64,000 bases of DNA. Origin: Pedobacter sp. (GTDB taxonomy: Bacteria > Desulfobacterota > Desulfuromonadia > Desulfuromonadales > Syntrophotaleaceae). The notes below the pieces were generated by a model. The model searched no databases. It had not been told where the DNA came from and saw nothing but the letters and a program-made list of their open reading frames with translations. The first letter of the stretch is position 1; each line of letters begins with the position of its first letter. Below, one piece after another: positions 29,619 through 39,592 of the stretch. The translations under genes and the position numbers were made by a program. The DNA is taken from the NCBI GenBank assembly GCA_050253415.1, contig JBFWJC010000003.1, forward strand, positions 192,001 through 256,000. The letters run 5' to 3'.

Positions 29619-31697
29619 ATGGGAAAGTACGACACGGCTAGGTTGAGGAATTTTGGAGTTGTTGCACACGGCGGGGCGGGTAAGACCTCCCTGGTCGAGG
29701 CCATGCTGTTCTGCAGCGGGGTGACAGACCGACTGGGGCGGGTCGATGACGGCAGTTCGTTGATGGATCACCAGCCCGAGGAGATCAAACGAACCAGTTC
29801 CATCGATGTCAGTTCCTGCTTCCTTCCATGGAAGGAGCATGAGTTGAACATCCTTGATACCCCGGGGTACGCAAACTTTTTGCATGATACGCGCAACTGT
29901 CTGCGCGTGGTTGACAGCCTGGTCTTACTGGCTTCGGCCATTTCCGGGGTTAAATCCCAGACCCAGAAGATCTGGGAGTGGGGGCAAGAGTATAAGCTGC
30001 CGGCGGTTGCGTTCGTAAGTAAGATGGATCGCGAACGGGCCAATTTCAACAACGCTGTGGCCTCCATGACGGAAGCCTTGTCGATACGGGCCATACCGCT
30101 GGTGGTGCCCATTGGCGCGGAAAGCACCTTCCGGGGGTTGATCGATCTCATCACCATGCAGGCGTATCTGTTTAACGATGAGGCCGAAAGCGGTGTTGAA
30201 CCTGTAGAAATTCCTGCTGAATTGCTGGAGGAGGCACAGATTCAGCGTATCGCTTTGGTGGAAGCCGCAGCCGAAACCGACGATGTGCTGATGGAAAAAT
30301 ATCTTGAAGAAGACAATCTGGCTGAGGATGAAATCCGCTCCGGGTTGCGGGCTGCGACCCTGGCCGGAGAGATTGTACCGGTATTGTGCGGCAGCGGCCC
30401 TGCCAACCGTGGAGTATCTTTTTTGCTCGATGCAATCAATTTGTGCCTGCCGTCTCCTGGGGACCGGCCCGCTGCTATCGGGATGGAGCCTAAGTCGGAC
30501 GAAATGGTTGAACGACTGCCGGCCGCCGATGCACCATTTTCGGCTCTGGTGTTCAAGACTATTAGTGATCCATACACCGGTAAGCTGAATCTGTTACGTG
30601 TTTATTCCGGGCAAATTAAGTCCGATTCGACGACCTATAATGCCAATCGTGATAGCGCAGAGCGTATCGGGCAGCTATTCAAGATGGTTGGTAAAAAACA
30701 GGTGACGGTCGATGTGGCCATGCCGGGTGAGGTTGTAGCGGTTGCCAAGCTTAAGGAAACCGTTACCGGCGACACTTTGTGTGACGGTGCTCACGCCATT
30801 CGGCTTGAGTTTCCCGCGCCGATGAAACCGGTGATTTCCTTTGCGCTTGAAGCACGCAGTAAAAATGATGAGGACAAAATTCATTCGTCCTTGCAACGAC
30901 TGGTCGAGGAAGACCCGACTTTGCAGCTTGTGCGCGATGAGGAAACCCATGAATTGATACTGTCAGGGATGGGGCAGGTTCATGTTGAGGTTACGGTCGA
31001 AAAGCTCAAGCGCAAGTTCAATGTTGAGGTTGAGCTCAAGGAACCCAAAGTACCTTATCGGGAGACCTTGCGCGGCAGTGCCAAATTGCAGAGTAAATAT
31101 AAAAAACAGTCCGGAGGCAGAGGCCAATATGCCGACGTGTGGCTTGAATTCACTCCTTTGAAGCGTGGCGAAGGTTTTCAGTTCGAGGATAAAGTCGTAG
31201 GAGGTGCGGTGCCGCGTCAGTATATCCCTGCGGTTGAAAAGGGTATCCATGACGCAGCGGCATCCGGTGTCCTTGCAGGGTTTCCCACTGTTGACTTTAA
31301 AGCAACGCTTTTTGACGGTTCTTTTCATACCGTCGACTCATCGGAAATGGCCTTTAAGATTGCCGGTTCCATGGGCTTTAAAAAAGGCGCTGAGATGGCC
31401 TCTCCGGTATTGCTGGAACCGATCATGAAAATGGAGATTACGGTGCCTGATGAGTGTGTCGGGGATGTGATCGGTGATATGAACTCCCGGCGTGGCAAGG
31501 TGCTGGGGATGGACCCCAAAGCCGGTAATCAACAGATCAATGTGCTGGTGCCTTTGGCCGAGGTGCTTAAATACTCCCCGGAACTCCGTTCCATGACTTC
31601 GGACCGAGGGATGTTTAGTATGGAATTCTCGCATTACGAAGATGTGCCTGCCCATCTGACCACAAAGCTTCTTGCCGAATTGAAGCGTGAGGAATAA
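29619..31697 (+). CDS. fusA: Elongation factor G paralogue (EF-G II / EF-G2)
   Basis: Full EF-G architecture (KQSGGRGQY, SEMAF, LLEPIM) with divergent G motifs AHGGAGKTS, RTSSI, DTPGY; outside the str operon. Confidence 0.92.
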   Translation: MGKYDTARLRNFGVVAHGGAGKTSLVEAMLFCSGVTDRLGRVDDGSSLMDHQPEEIKRTSSIDVSSCFLPWKEHELNILDTPGYANFLHDTRNCLRVVDSLVLLASAISGVKSQTQKIWEWGQEYKLPAVAFVSKMDRERANFNNAVASMTEALSIRAIPLVVPIGAESTFRGLIDLITMQAYLFNDEAESGVEPVEIPAELLEEAQIQRIALVEAAAETDDVLMEKYLEEDNLAEDEIRSGLRAATLAGEIVPVLCGSGPANRGVSFLLDAINLCLPSPGDRPAAIGMEPKSDEMVERLPAADAPFSALVFKTISDPYTGKLNLLRVYSGQIKSDSTTYNANRDSAERIGQLFKMVGKKQVTVDVAMPGEVVAVAKLKETVTGDTLCDGAHAIRLEFPAPMKPVISFALEARSKNDEDKIHSSLQRLVEEDPTLQLVRDEETHELILSGMGQVHVEVTVEKLKRKFNVEVELKEPKVPYRETLRGSAKLQSKYKKQSGGRGQYADVWLEFTPLKRGEGFQFEDKVVGGAVPRQYIPAVEKGIHDAAASGVLAGFPTVDFKATLFDGSFHTVDSSEMAFKIAGSMGFKKGAEMASPVLLEPIMKMEITVPDECVGDVIGDMNSRRGKVLGMDPKAGNQQINVLVPLAEVLKYSPELRSMTSDRGMFSMEFSHYEDVPAHLTTKLLAELKREE

Positions 31698-31786
31698 TCG
31701 GCGCTTTTTTGTTATGATCATGGCCGCCGGCGTGTGCCATCCGTCGTCGGCCATCCCTTTTGCTGAACAGTGGCATATGACTATCC

Positions 31787-32740
31787 ATGAATGAATCCGG
31801 TTCTCAAAAAAACAAACAGTCGGTGCGCCTTAAAGTATCATCACGGGTGTCTCGGATCGTTGCTGGCACTGATGGACGGGACCAGCAATTGCGTGCAATC
31901 AGGGGACAACTCGATCTTACAGATGCCGAACGTCTGACCTTGTTGATTTATTTCGGGCAAGGGTCGGATCGGGAATTGATCCATGAAACCCGACAGGCTC
32001 TTGATCTGTTCCCGGAGGAAAGCCTGCGGCATCTGGCCGCGGATTCTGGGTTGCACCCTCGTTTACTTTCTTTTTTGGCCAGGCGATACGCCGGACGTCA
32101 TGGGTTGGATGCTTTGCTGATCGCAAACCCTTCGCTTCCGGATGAACTGCGCCATAATCTGCAGGTCGCTGCCAATGAAAACAGGACAGAAAAACCGGTA
32201 GAGATAACCGAATCATCCCAGGGTGAGACGCCGGACGATATTCAGGAGGAAGATGGTTCCGACGACTCAAACACAGAAACGTCCGACGAATTGGACACTG
32301 TTGAAGAGCCCGATAGCTCCGAACATCTCAGTAAGTATCAGATGACGATGCAAATGGGGGTGGCGGAAAAGATCAAGGCGGCCCAGACAGGGGATAAAGA
32401 ATGGCGTGGACTGCTGATCAACGATTCCAATAAGCTGGTTTCGTCTGCGGTACTGAAAAATCCTCGGATTACCGAGGGCGAGGTTTACGCTGTTGCCCGC
32501 AATAAATCGACCAATGATGAATTGATTCGCCTCATTCTTCTCAATCGTGAATGGATCAAAAATTACAGTATCAAACTTGCTCTGGTCATGCACCCGCGCA
32601 CCCCGTTAGGCAATGCCTTGAGATTTATGGGAGTGCTAACGGAGAAGGATTTGAAAAATCTGGTAAAGAGCCGCGAAATTTCGCCGGTAATTGTTAATAA
32701 TGCGCGTCGTATGCTGTTGGCCAAGGATAAACGTCGTTGA
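31787..32740 (+). CDS. Conserved hypothetical protein (two helical domains, acidic linker)
   Basis: 317-aa ORF with operon-like placement; D/E-rich linker; C-terminal AVLKNPRITEGEV / HPRTP motifs. Confidence 0.7.
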   Translation: MNESGSQKNKQSVRLKVSSRVSRIVAGTDGRDQQLRAIRGQLDLTDAERLTLLIYFGQGSDRELIHETRQALDLFPEESLRHLAADSGLHPRLLSFLARRYAGRHGLDALLIANPSLPDELRHNLQVAANENRTEKPVEITESSQGETPDDIQEEDGSDDSNTETSDELDTVEEPDSSEHLSKYQMTMQMGVAEKIKAAQTGDKEWRGLLINDSNKLVSSAVLKNPRITEGEVYAVARNKSTNDELIRLILLNREWIKNYSIKLALVMHPRTPLGNALRFMGVLTEKDLKNLVKSREISPVIVNNARRMLLAKDKRR

Positions 32741-32843
32741 TTTCATTTGCCTGCAAATGTGCACCATATGTTCGAGAATTAAAAGGTTTGCAGTATTCAT
32801 TTTCAGTGTGAAAAACCTATAATCAATCGGTAACTTAGCAAAG

Positions 32844-32878
32844 CACGTTGTGCACAAGGAATTGCAAAACACAACGTG
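32844..32878. repeat. 9-bp inverted repeat upstream of MOSC-mog
   Basis: CACGTTGTG-N17-CACAACGTG. Confidence 0.7.
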
Positions 32879-32940
32879 ACAATTTCGGGCGATCCATAGC
32901 CCTTTGGGTGTGGACTGTGCGTTTAAAGGAGAGAAGATCT

Positions 32941-33402
32941 ATGAAAGGCAAGATTGTAGCTGTATGCACCAGTCCCGAAAAAGGTGGGCGCAAAAAAGAT
33001 ATGGGGCAAGGAGTACTTGTTGAAGGGTTCGGACTTGAGGGGGATGGGCACGGTGGTGACTGGCACCGTCAGGTCAGTTTGCTGGCCATGGAAAGTATCG
33101 CTTCCATGCAGGCCAAGGGACTTGATGTCGGACCTGGGGATTTCGCCGAGAATCTTACCACCGAAGGGATCGAACTGTTTACCCTGCCGGTAGGCACACG
33201 GTTGCAGATCGGGAATCAGGTCATGCTGGAGATTTCCCAGATCGGCAAGGTTTGTCACACGCGCTGTGCCATCTATTATCAGGCTGGTGATTGCGTTATG
33301 CCGAGAGAAGGGATCTTTGCCGTGGTTCTTAAAGGTGGACCTATTAAAACCGGTGATGAAGTGCTGGTCCTGCCTCCGGTTGCCAAGGAGAATCCTGCAT
33401 GA
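32941..33402 (+). CDS. MOSC domain protein
   Basis: GLEGDGH, RQVSLL, GDFAENL, GKVCHTRC, CVMPREG; AAGGAG RBS. Confidence 0.92.
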   Translation: MKGKIVAVCTSPEKGGRKKDMGQGVLVEGFGLEGDGHGGDWHRQVSLLAMESIASMQAKGLDVGPGDFAENLTTEGIELFTLPVGTRLQIGNQVMLEISQIGKVCHTRCAIYYQAGDCVMPREGIFAVVLKGGPIKTGDEVLVLPPVAKENPA

Positions 33403-33896
33403 CCGATTATGCTTTTACTATCGGTATATTAACTCTGTCGGATAAGGGTTCGCGGGGAGAACGGGAAGATCTCAGTGGTCAGGTTATTCGTGATATCGTT
33501 GCTCCGCTGGGCAAGGTGACGCATTATCAGGTGATCCCTGATGATGTGGATATTATAGTCGAAACGCTGGTTGCCTGGGTGGATACCGATAAAGTTGATC
33601 TCATTCTCACCACCGGCGGTACAGGGCTAAGTCCGCGGGATGTCACTCCCGAGGCTACCGCACGCGTGCTCGATTGGGAGATTCCCGGCATGGCTGAGGC
33701 CATGCGCGTCGCAAGTATGCAAAAAACCCCTCACGCCATGCTGTCCAGAGCCAAGGCTGGAGTACGTCGCCAGTCCATGATTATCAACTTGCCCGGAAGT
33801 CCCAAAGGGGTGCGGGAGAATCTTGAGGTTGTCATGCCGGCCCTGGGGCATGGTTTGAAGAAATTAAAGGGTGATCCCTCGGATTGTGCGCGTTAA
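33399..33896 (+). CDS. mog: Molybdopterin adenylyltransferase (MogA/MoaB)
   Basis: SDK..REDLSG, TTGGTGLSPRDVTPEAT, NLPGSP. Confidence 0.93.
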   Translation: MTDYAFTIGILTLSDKGSRGEREDLSGQVIRDIVAPLGKVTHYQVIPDDVDIIVETLVAWVDTDKVDLILTTGGTGLSPRDVTPEATARVLDWEIPGMAEAMRVASMQKTPHAMLSRAKAGVRRQSMIINLPGSPKGVRENLEVVMPALGHGLKKLKGDPSDCAR

Positions 33897-33909
33897 CCCC
33901 GGAATATAT

Positions 33910-34611
33910 ATGGATCTAGTTGTTTCAGGAATACTTCATTACGATTTTTCCCTTCTCGGCCGTTTGGTTCTGGCGGCTGTACTTGGGGGGATGCTTGGTT
34001 TTGAACGGGAAATCCATGGTCGCCCGGCGGGGTTTCGAACACACCTGCTGGTAGCCCTCGGGGCCTGTCTGATGATGGTGGTTTCGGAATTTTTCTATCT
34101 GAAATACAACCACTTGACCAGCTCCGGGGCCATGCGGATCGATCCGGGCAGGGTGGCAGCCCAGATCGTCACGGGCATCGGATTTCTGGGTGCCGGAGCT
34201 ATTATTAAGGATGGTTCGGCTGTCCGTGGGTTAACCACCGCCGCTTGTCTATGGGTTGCCGCAGGTATCGGTATGGCAGCAGGAATGGGACTGTATCTGC
34301 TGGCAGTGGTGGTTACCGGGATGTCTGTAGGCACCCTGATGTTTCTGAAACGCGTGGAAAAGAAGATGGCCAAGGTACGTTATGGCAACCTGACGGTCTA
34401 TTGCGATCTTGATCCGGCTATCCGTAACATTCTGGAGGAATTTCTTGCTTCCGGTGGCTGGCGTCTGGTTGAAACTGCGGTGGAAAAGGATAAGGTCGCC
34501 GGAGAAGTACGTTACGATTTTGTGGTTTCCAGATACGGGGGCATGGCATCCATTCCTCTGGTAAATGACATCGCTGCCCATGAAGGTGTACGCAAGGTTC
34601 GATTCCGCTGA
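33910..34611 (+). CDS. MgtC/SapB family membrane protein
   Basis: ERE..PAGFRTH, AAQIVTGIGFLGAG, GLTTAA. Confidence 0.92.
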   Translation: MDLVVSGILHYDFSLLGRLVLAAVLGGMLGFEREIHGRPAGFRTHLLVALGACLMMVVSEFFYLKYNHLTSSGAMRIDPGRVAAQIVTGIGFLGAGAIIKDGSAVRGLTTAACLWVAAGIGMAAGMGLYLLAVVVTGMSVGTLMFLKRVEKKMAKVRYGNLTVYCDLDPAIRNILEEFLASGGWRLVETAVEKDKVAGEVRYDFVVSRYGGMASIPLVNDIAAHEGVRKVRFR

Positions 34612-34666
34612 GTCCAGATAGGGATATCATATCCGGTTCATTTCATTTTAAAAGGGGATAGAGACC

Positions 34667-35401
34667 GTGATGTGGCCACAGAATGCAAAAACAACTATTC
34701 TGCTGGCTGATGGCGCCAGCACGATTCTCGAGGTTGAAAAAAACTTTTTCCGCCGGGAGCGCTACGATATCCTGCTGGCAAACAGTGCGCAGGAGGTTTA
34801 TGAAACCGCCATTACCCATCATCCGGACATCATTTTCATGGGATTGCAGATGCAGGAGATGTGCGGAGACGAGCTTTGCCTCAGGTTTAAAGCGCATGCG
34901 GAACTATGCCACGTCCCCGTAGTTCTCGTGGTGCAACCGCATCGTCCTGATGATTTTTTACGTTGTCAGCGATCCGGATGTGACGATATTTTGCTTAAAC
35001 CGCCCCGTCGTCATCATTTTCTCAGAGCTGTTGAAAAACACCTGAAGGTTCCGCGTCGAGCGGCCCCGCGTGTCGAAGCAAAAATGCATGTCACGTATCG
35101 CGAACCCTCCGGAGAGCATGCACTGACCCATTTTTCCATTAACATCAGCACCGGAGGGCTTTTCATTGAAACGGAGACCCCTTTGCCTGTCGGCACGCCG
35201 TTGCTGCTCGATTTTACCCTTCCCGGACATCATGATATTGTTCGCTGCAAGGGCAGGGTAGCATGGGTTAATCATGCCGACGGTCCAAAACATCTCCGCC
35301 TTCCTCCCGGAATGGGTCTTCAGTTCTTTGATTTGACTCTTGAGGATATGGCTCTTGTCCGCTCTTACATCATGCGTTCCCTCGTTGTTCCCGATTGGTA
35401 A
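34667..35401 (+). CDS. Pseudo-receiver + PilZ domain protein
   Basis: REC-like N-terminus; PilZ motifs RAAPR (RxxxR) and NISTGG; C-terminal GMGLQF. Confidence 0.85.
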   Translation: MMWPQNAKTTILLADGASTILEVEKNFFRRERYDILLANSAQEVYETAITHHPDIIFMGLQMQEMCGDELCLRFKAHAELCHVPVVLVVQPHRPDDFLRCQRSGCDDILLKPPRRHHFLRAVEKHLKVPRRAAPRVEAKMHVTYREPSGEHALTHFSINISTGGLFIETETPLPVGTPLLLDFTLPGHHDIVRCKGRVAWVNHADGPKHLRLPPGMGLQFFDLTLEDMALVRSYIMRSLVVPDW

Positions 35402-35434
35402 CGGGCGTGTCTTTTTGCTTTTACCATCCTTTCG

Positions 35435-35462
35435 AAACGCCCTGCCCGGGGCGTTTTTCTTT
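35435..35462 (+). terminator. Rho-independent terminator
   Basis: AAACGCCC...GGGCGTTT hairpin followed by a T-rich tract. Confidence 0.65.
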
Positions 35463-35638
35463 ATCTTCGTTTAAAAGATTTCATTTTATTCACAATAACT
35501 TGTACGCCTGATTAGCGTTTGACCTGTTCAGATCTTTATGGTATTCAAATCCGCAATTAGATACGATGTTTTATTTTTAAAGATAAAATGGCTGAAAAAT
35601 ATAAAGCGTCTTGCATGTTACAGGGAAGGATTTGCGAT

Positions 35639-37303
35639 ATGAGCAAACAACTGCATTTTACCATGGGACAATTGCTGGAGGATATTGCAAGACGGTATCC
35701 GGATAATGATGCTTTGGTTTATCCGGATCGTGATTTGCGATATTCCTACCAGGAATTCGATGCCGTTTGTGATCGTGTGGCCAAAGGGTTGTTGGCCATG
35801 GGAGTAGGAAAAGGCGACCATGTAGCTATCTGGGCTACCAATGTACCCGAGTGGGTTGTCCTGCAGTTCGCATCCGCTAAAATTGGCGCTATCCTGGTGA
35901 CGGTGAATACCAATTACAAAGCCGTCGAGTTGGAATATGTGCTGAAACAGTCCGATTCCACCACTTTGTTTCTGGTGCAGGGGTTCAAGGACACGGACTA
36001 TGTGGAAACCCTCTACAGTGTGGTGCCCGAATTGCGCGATGCACCCCCGGGAGAACTTCAGTCGCAACGCCTGCCGTTTCTGAAAAATGTGGTTTTTTTG
36101 GGCGATCAGGACTTTTCCGGAATGCGTCGCTGGACTGCTATCGAGGCTCTTGGTCAAGGGGTGCCTGATGACCGGTTGGCTGCTGTAAAAGCGACATTGG
36201 GCGAGCATGAAGTCATCAATATGCAGTACACCTCCGGCACGACCGGTTTCCCCAAAGGGGTGATGCTGACCCATTACAATATCATCAACAATGGTTTTAA
36301 TATCGGCGAGTGCATGCGTTTTACCGAAAAGGACCGACTATGCATTCCTGTGCCATTCTTTCATTGTTTTGGCTGTGTGCTTGGGGTGCTGGCCTGCGTG
36401 ACCCATGGCAGTACCATGGTGCCTGTTGAGATTTTCAATCCTGAGGTAGTGTTGCGTACCATCGCGTCTGAGCGATGTACTGCCGTGCATGGCGTGCCCA
36501 CCATGTTTATCGCTGAACTCGATCATCCCAACTTCCCCCGCTACGATTTAAGCAGTTTGCGCACTGGTATCATGGCCGGTTCCCCCTGTCCCACAGAGGT
36601 CATGAAACGTGTTATTCGCGAGATGTACATGACCGAAATCACTATCGCCTATGGTCAGACCGAATCTTCGCCTGTCATCACCCAGACCCGCACCGATGAT
36701 CCTTTGGAGTTGCGCGTGGCTACCGTGGGGCGGGCTTTGCCGGAAGTCGAGGTGAAAATTGTGGATATCGAGACCGGCGAGGCCCTTCCTCCTGGTCGGC
36801 AAGGTGAACTCTGCACGCGCGGTTATCTCGTGATGAAAGGTTATTACAAGATGCCTGAGGAAACCGCCAGGGTCATCGATACGGATGGCTGGTTGCATAC
36901 AGGCGATCTCGCGGTCATGGACGAAAACGGATACTGTAAGATTACCGGCCGCATTAAAAATATGATTATTCGTGGTGGGGAAAATATCTATCCTCGAGAG
37001 ATCGAAGAATTTCTTTACACCTATCCCAAGGTTGCCGATGTGCAGGTGTATGGTGTTCCCGATGCCAAATATGGCGAGCAGGTCATGGCAGCGATCAAAC
37101 TTAAAGAAAACACCTCTGCCACTGTCGAGGAAATCGTGAATTTCTGTCGCGGCAGTATCGCCAATTACAAGGTGCCCCGCTATGTCAAGTTCGTCGATGA
37201 TTTTCCGATGACCGCCAGCGGTAAAATACAAAAATTCAAATTGCGTGAGATGGCCATTAAAGAGCTGAACCTGGAAGAGGCTGCTTCGGTGGAGACGGCA
37301 TGA
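35639..37303 (+). CDS. AMP-binding acyl-CoA synthetase
   Basis: [45 protein letters not shown]. Confidence 0.93.
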   Translation: MSKQLHFTMGQLLEDIARRYPDNDALVYPDRDLRYSYQEFDAVCDRVAKGLLAMGVGKGDHVAIWATNVPEWVVLQFASAKIGAILVTVNTNYKAVELEYVLKQSDSTTLFLVQGFKDTDYVETLYSVVPELRDAPPGELQSQRLPFLKNVVFLGDQDFSGMRRWTAIEALGQGVPDDRLAAVKATLGEHEVINMQYTSGTTGFPKGVMLTHYNIINNGFNIGECMRFTEKDRLCIPVPFFHCFGCVLGVLACVTHGSTMVPVEIFNPEVVLRTIASERCTAVHGVPTMFIAELDHPNFPRYDLSSLRTGIMAGSPCPTEVMKRVIREMYMTEITIAYGQTESSPVITQTRTDDPLELRVATVGRALPEVEVKIVDIETGEALPPGRQGELCTRGYLVMKGYYKMPEETARVIDTDGWLHTGDLAVMDENGYCKITGRIKNMIIRGGENIYPREIEEFLYTYPKVADVQVYGVPDAKYGEQVMAAIKLKENTSATVEEIVNFCRGSIANYKVPRYVKFVDDFPMTASGKIQKFKLREMAIKELNLEEAASVETA

Positions 37304-38517
37304 ATGACCCCACGTCCGAAGCCGGTTCAGCATATGTGCCGGTAACGGAACTCGCAACACGCTGGCGAAATCTTCAAAAAAAGATGGCTGCAGCCGGGCT
37401 TGATGCTGTGGTTGTGATGCAGAATGCCGATCTGTACTATTTCTCAGGTACCTTGCAAAGCGGTCTGCTGTATATTCCTGTTCAAGGTGATCCCGTTTAC
37501 CTGGTGCGCCGGGATGAACAGCGGGCCCGGCACGAAAGTTTTTTGCCGCACATAGTTCCTTTTGGGAGTTTTCGGGAGCTGCCTCAAATCCTTTTTGACT
37601 GTGGCTTGCCACGCTCCGACAGAATCGGCTTCGAATTGGATGTGCTGCCTGTGGCTACCTATCAAAGGGTTCACAAAGCTCTGGGCGAACCGCATGTTGT
37701 TGATGCGACCCCGTTGATTCGATCTTTACGGGCTATCAAATCAGAGTGGGAGCTGAGCCATATGCGTCGTGCCGCCATCCAGCTTGACCAAAGCTGGCGG
37801 CACGCTATCGAAGTGGCCCGCGAGGGGCTCAGCGATCTTGAGTTGGCGATCGAGCTTGAGAGTATGGCGCGCCGTCAAGGCCACCCGGGTTATGCTCGCA
37901 TGCGCGCCTTCAATGGTGAAATCGCCATGGGTACGGTACTGGTGGGCGCAGACGGTGCCGTTCCGGCTTTTCGTAATACACCGTTAGGCGGAGTCGGCCT
38001 GCATCCCTCTGTTGGTTTTGGAGTCAGCGGGCGACGAATGGCCCGAGGGGAACCTGTAACTGTGGACCTGGTAGGTTATTGTGCAGGCTACCTGGCCGAC
38101 CAGACTCGTACCTTCGCGCTCGGCACCCTTGCCGAACCCTTACACCGCGCCTATGAAGCCATGTGTCAGATTCAGGATCTGCTGGTTCACGCCGCGCGGC
38201 CTGGCGTTGCATGGGGGTGGTTGTATCAGGAATGTTGCCGACTTGCCACCGAACTTGGCTATGAGCGACATTTTATGGGGGGGAATGCTGCCCAAGTGCC
38301 TTTTATCGGACACGGGATCGGCTTGGAAATCGATGAATATCCCTTTATCGCTCGGGGGCTGCACGATCAGGTATTGGAAGAAAACATGACCTTCGCCTTT
38401 GAACCCAAAGCGGTGTTTCCCGGGCAAGGAGCCGTAGGGATCGAAAACACCTTCGTGGTTACCGCGGAGGGTTTAGCTTCCCTTACCATTTCTGACGAGT
38501 CGCTGCGCATTTTGTAA
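37300..38517 (+). CDS. M24 family (Xaa-Pro-like) metallopeptidase
   Basis: Creatinase_N-like start; RAIKSEWE; metal ligands D/D/H/E/E (VDL, ADQTRT, GHGIG, FEPK, IENTF). Confidence 0.88.
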   Translation: MNDPTSEAGSAYVPVTELATRWRNLQKKMAAAGLDAVVVMQNADLYYFSGTLQSGLLYIPVQGDPVYLVRRDEQRARHESFLPHIVPFGSFRELPQILFDCGLPRSDRIGFELDVLPVATYQRVHKALGEPHVVDATPLIRSLRAIKSEWELSHMRRAAIQLDQSWRHAIEVAREGLSDLELAIELESMARRQGHPGYARMRAFNGEIAMGTVLVGADGAVPAFRNTPLGGVGLHPSVGFGVSGRRMARGEPVTVDLVGYCAGYLADQTRTFALGTLAEPLHRAYEAMCQIQDLLVHAARPGVAWGWLYQECCRLATELGYERHFMGGNAAQVPFIGHGIGLEIDEYPFIARGLHDQVLEENMTFAFEPKAVFPGQGAVGIENTFVVTAEGLASLTISDESLRIL

Positions 38518-38574
38518 GGCTTGCGCCAAAGGTTATACGTGCCTACCAGAAAACAGCTTCCATTTTTTATCACC

Positions 38575-39504
38575 ATGCGGATTGCTTTTCTCTTCTGTTT
38601 ATTGCTGATTTTATGGTCTCCCGATACCGTTATGGCCTACAACGGCAGCCAAGCCGATTGCCGACGGTGCCATGCGGTTATGCCCGCCGTTCATGCCCCT
38701 GTTGCAGATGACGGGCTTGCGTGTCTGCAATGCCATGCAGGACATAACATGGAGCAATCTGCCGGGAAATCCCCGCACGGACCGGCTCGCCCGGATTGGA
38801 ACCTTCTGTGGAATGGTTCGGCTGTCGATGATATCGGTTTTATTGTGTTGCTGGTCGGTATCCTCGGTCCCGTGCTGCATGGGCTGCTGTTTTTGGGCTC
38901 GTCTGCGCTGCGTAAATCATCTTATTGTCCTGAGGTTATTGGCAAAGTCAAGTCGCGCCCCGGTGTTTTGCGTGGGTGGCATGTTATCAATGCGGCAACC
39001 GTTGTATTCCTGTCGGTGACTGGGCTTGGTTTACGCTGGAGCCTGACAGCAGCTTCTGGCCGTATTGCTGTCTGGCACAGCATCGCAGGGGGGTGGCATG
39101 TGATGACATGGGCCCTTTGGCTTGGTTTCAATGTGATATCCGGAAGTTATATCGGTCGCTATCTGAGGCCGGCTGGCGGTTGGTACGCTGGCATTACGCG
39201 ACAGATCGTTTACTATGGCTGGGGGATTTTTCGTGGTCGCCCCCATCCTTATCCCTACGAGGGTTTTAATCCGCTGCAGTCGATTGTGTATCTGCTGGTT
39301 ATGGGCCTATTGCTGCCGTTGGTGATGGTTTCGGGGGCGGGGTTGCTATCCCTGCGGTCGGTGGCATTTGCAAACATCGGATCTTGGCGCCATCCGCTAC
39401 TAGAGATACATTTTCTGGCAGGCTGTCTGCTGCTGGCATTTTTGTCCGTGCATCTTTATCTGGCTGTATGGGGGCCGGAAGGCAGGCTGTGGCGAAGATG
39501 GTAG
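38575..39504 (+). CDS. Cytochrome b/b6 (FdnI/HyaC-like) membrane protein with N-terminal dihaem cytochrome c
   Basis: Signal peptide; CRRCH and CLQCH; TM histidines WHVIN, WHSI, IHFL, VHLY; FNPLQ motif. Confidence 0.8.
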   Translation: MRIAFLFCLLLILWSPDTVMAYNGSQADCRRCHAVMPAVHAPVADDGLACLQCHAGHNMEQSAGKSPHGPARPDWNLLWNGSAVDDIGFIVLLVGILGPVLHGLLFLGSSALRKSSYCPEVIGKVKSRPGVLRGWHVINAATVVFLSVTGLGLRWSLTAASGRIAVWHSIAGGWHVMTWALWLGFNVISGSYIGRYLRPAGGWYAGITRQIVYYGWGIFRGRPHPYPYEGFNPLQSIVYLLVMGLLLPLVMVSGAGLLSLRSVAFANIGSWRHPLLEIHFLAGCLLLAFLSVHLYLAVWGPEGRLWRRW

Positions 39505-39564
39505 CCCCTGATTGAGGTGCAGGTGACAGGCCCTGATGCCAAATTTTATCTAAAAAGACCTTTC

Positions 39565-39586
39565 AACGCCCGCTGCTGCGGGCGTT
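39565..39586. terminator. Hairpin between convergent genes
   Basis: AACGCCCGC-tgct-GCGGGCGTT. Confidence 0.6.
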
Positions 39587-39592
39587 TGCCAT

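Noticed and set aside
36548..37612. 354-aa minus-strand ORF
   Set aside because: Antisense to the acyl-CoA synthetase and M24 genes; no motifs
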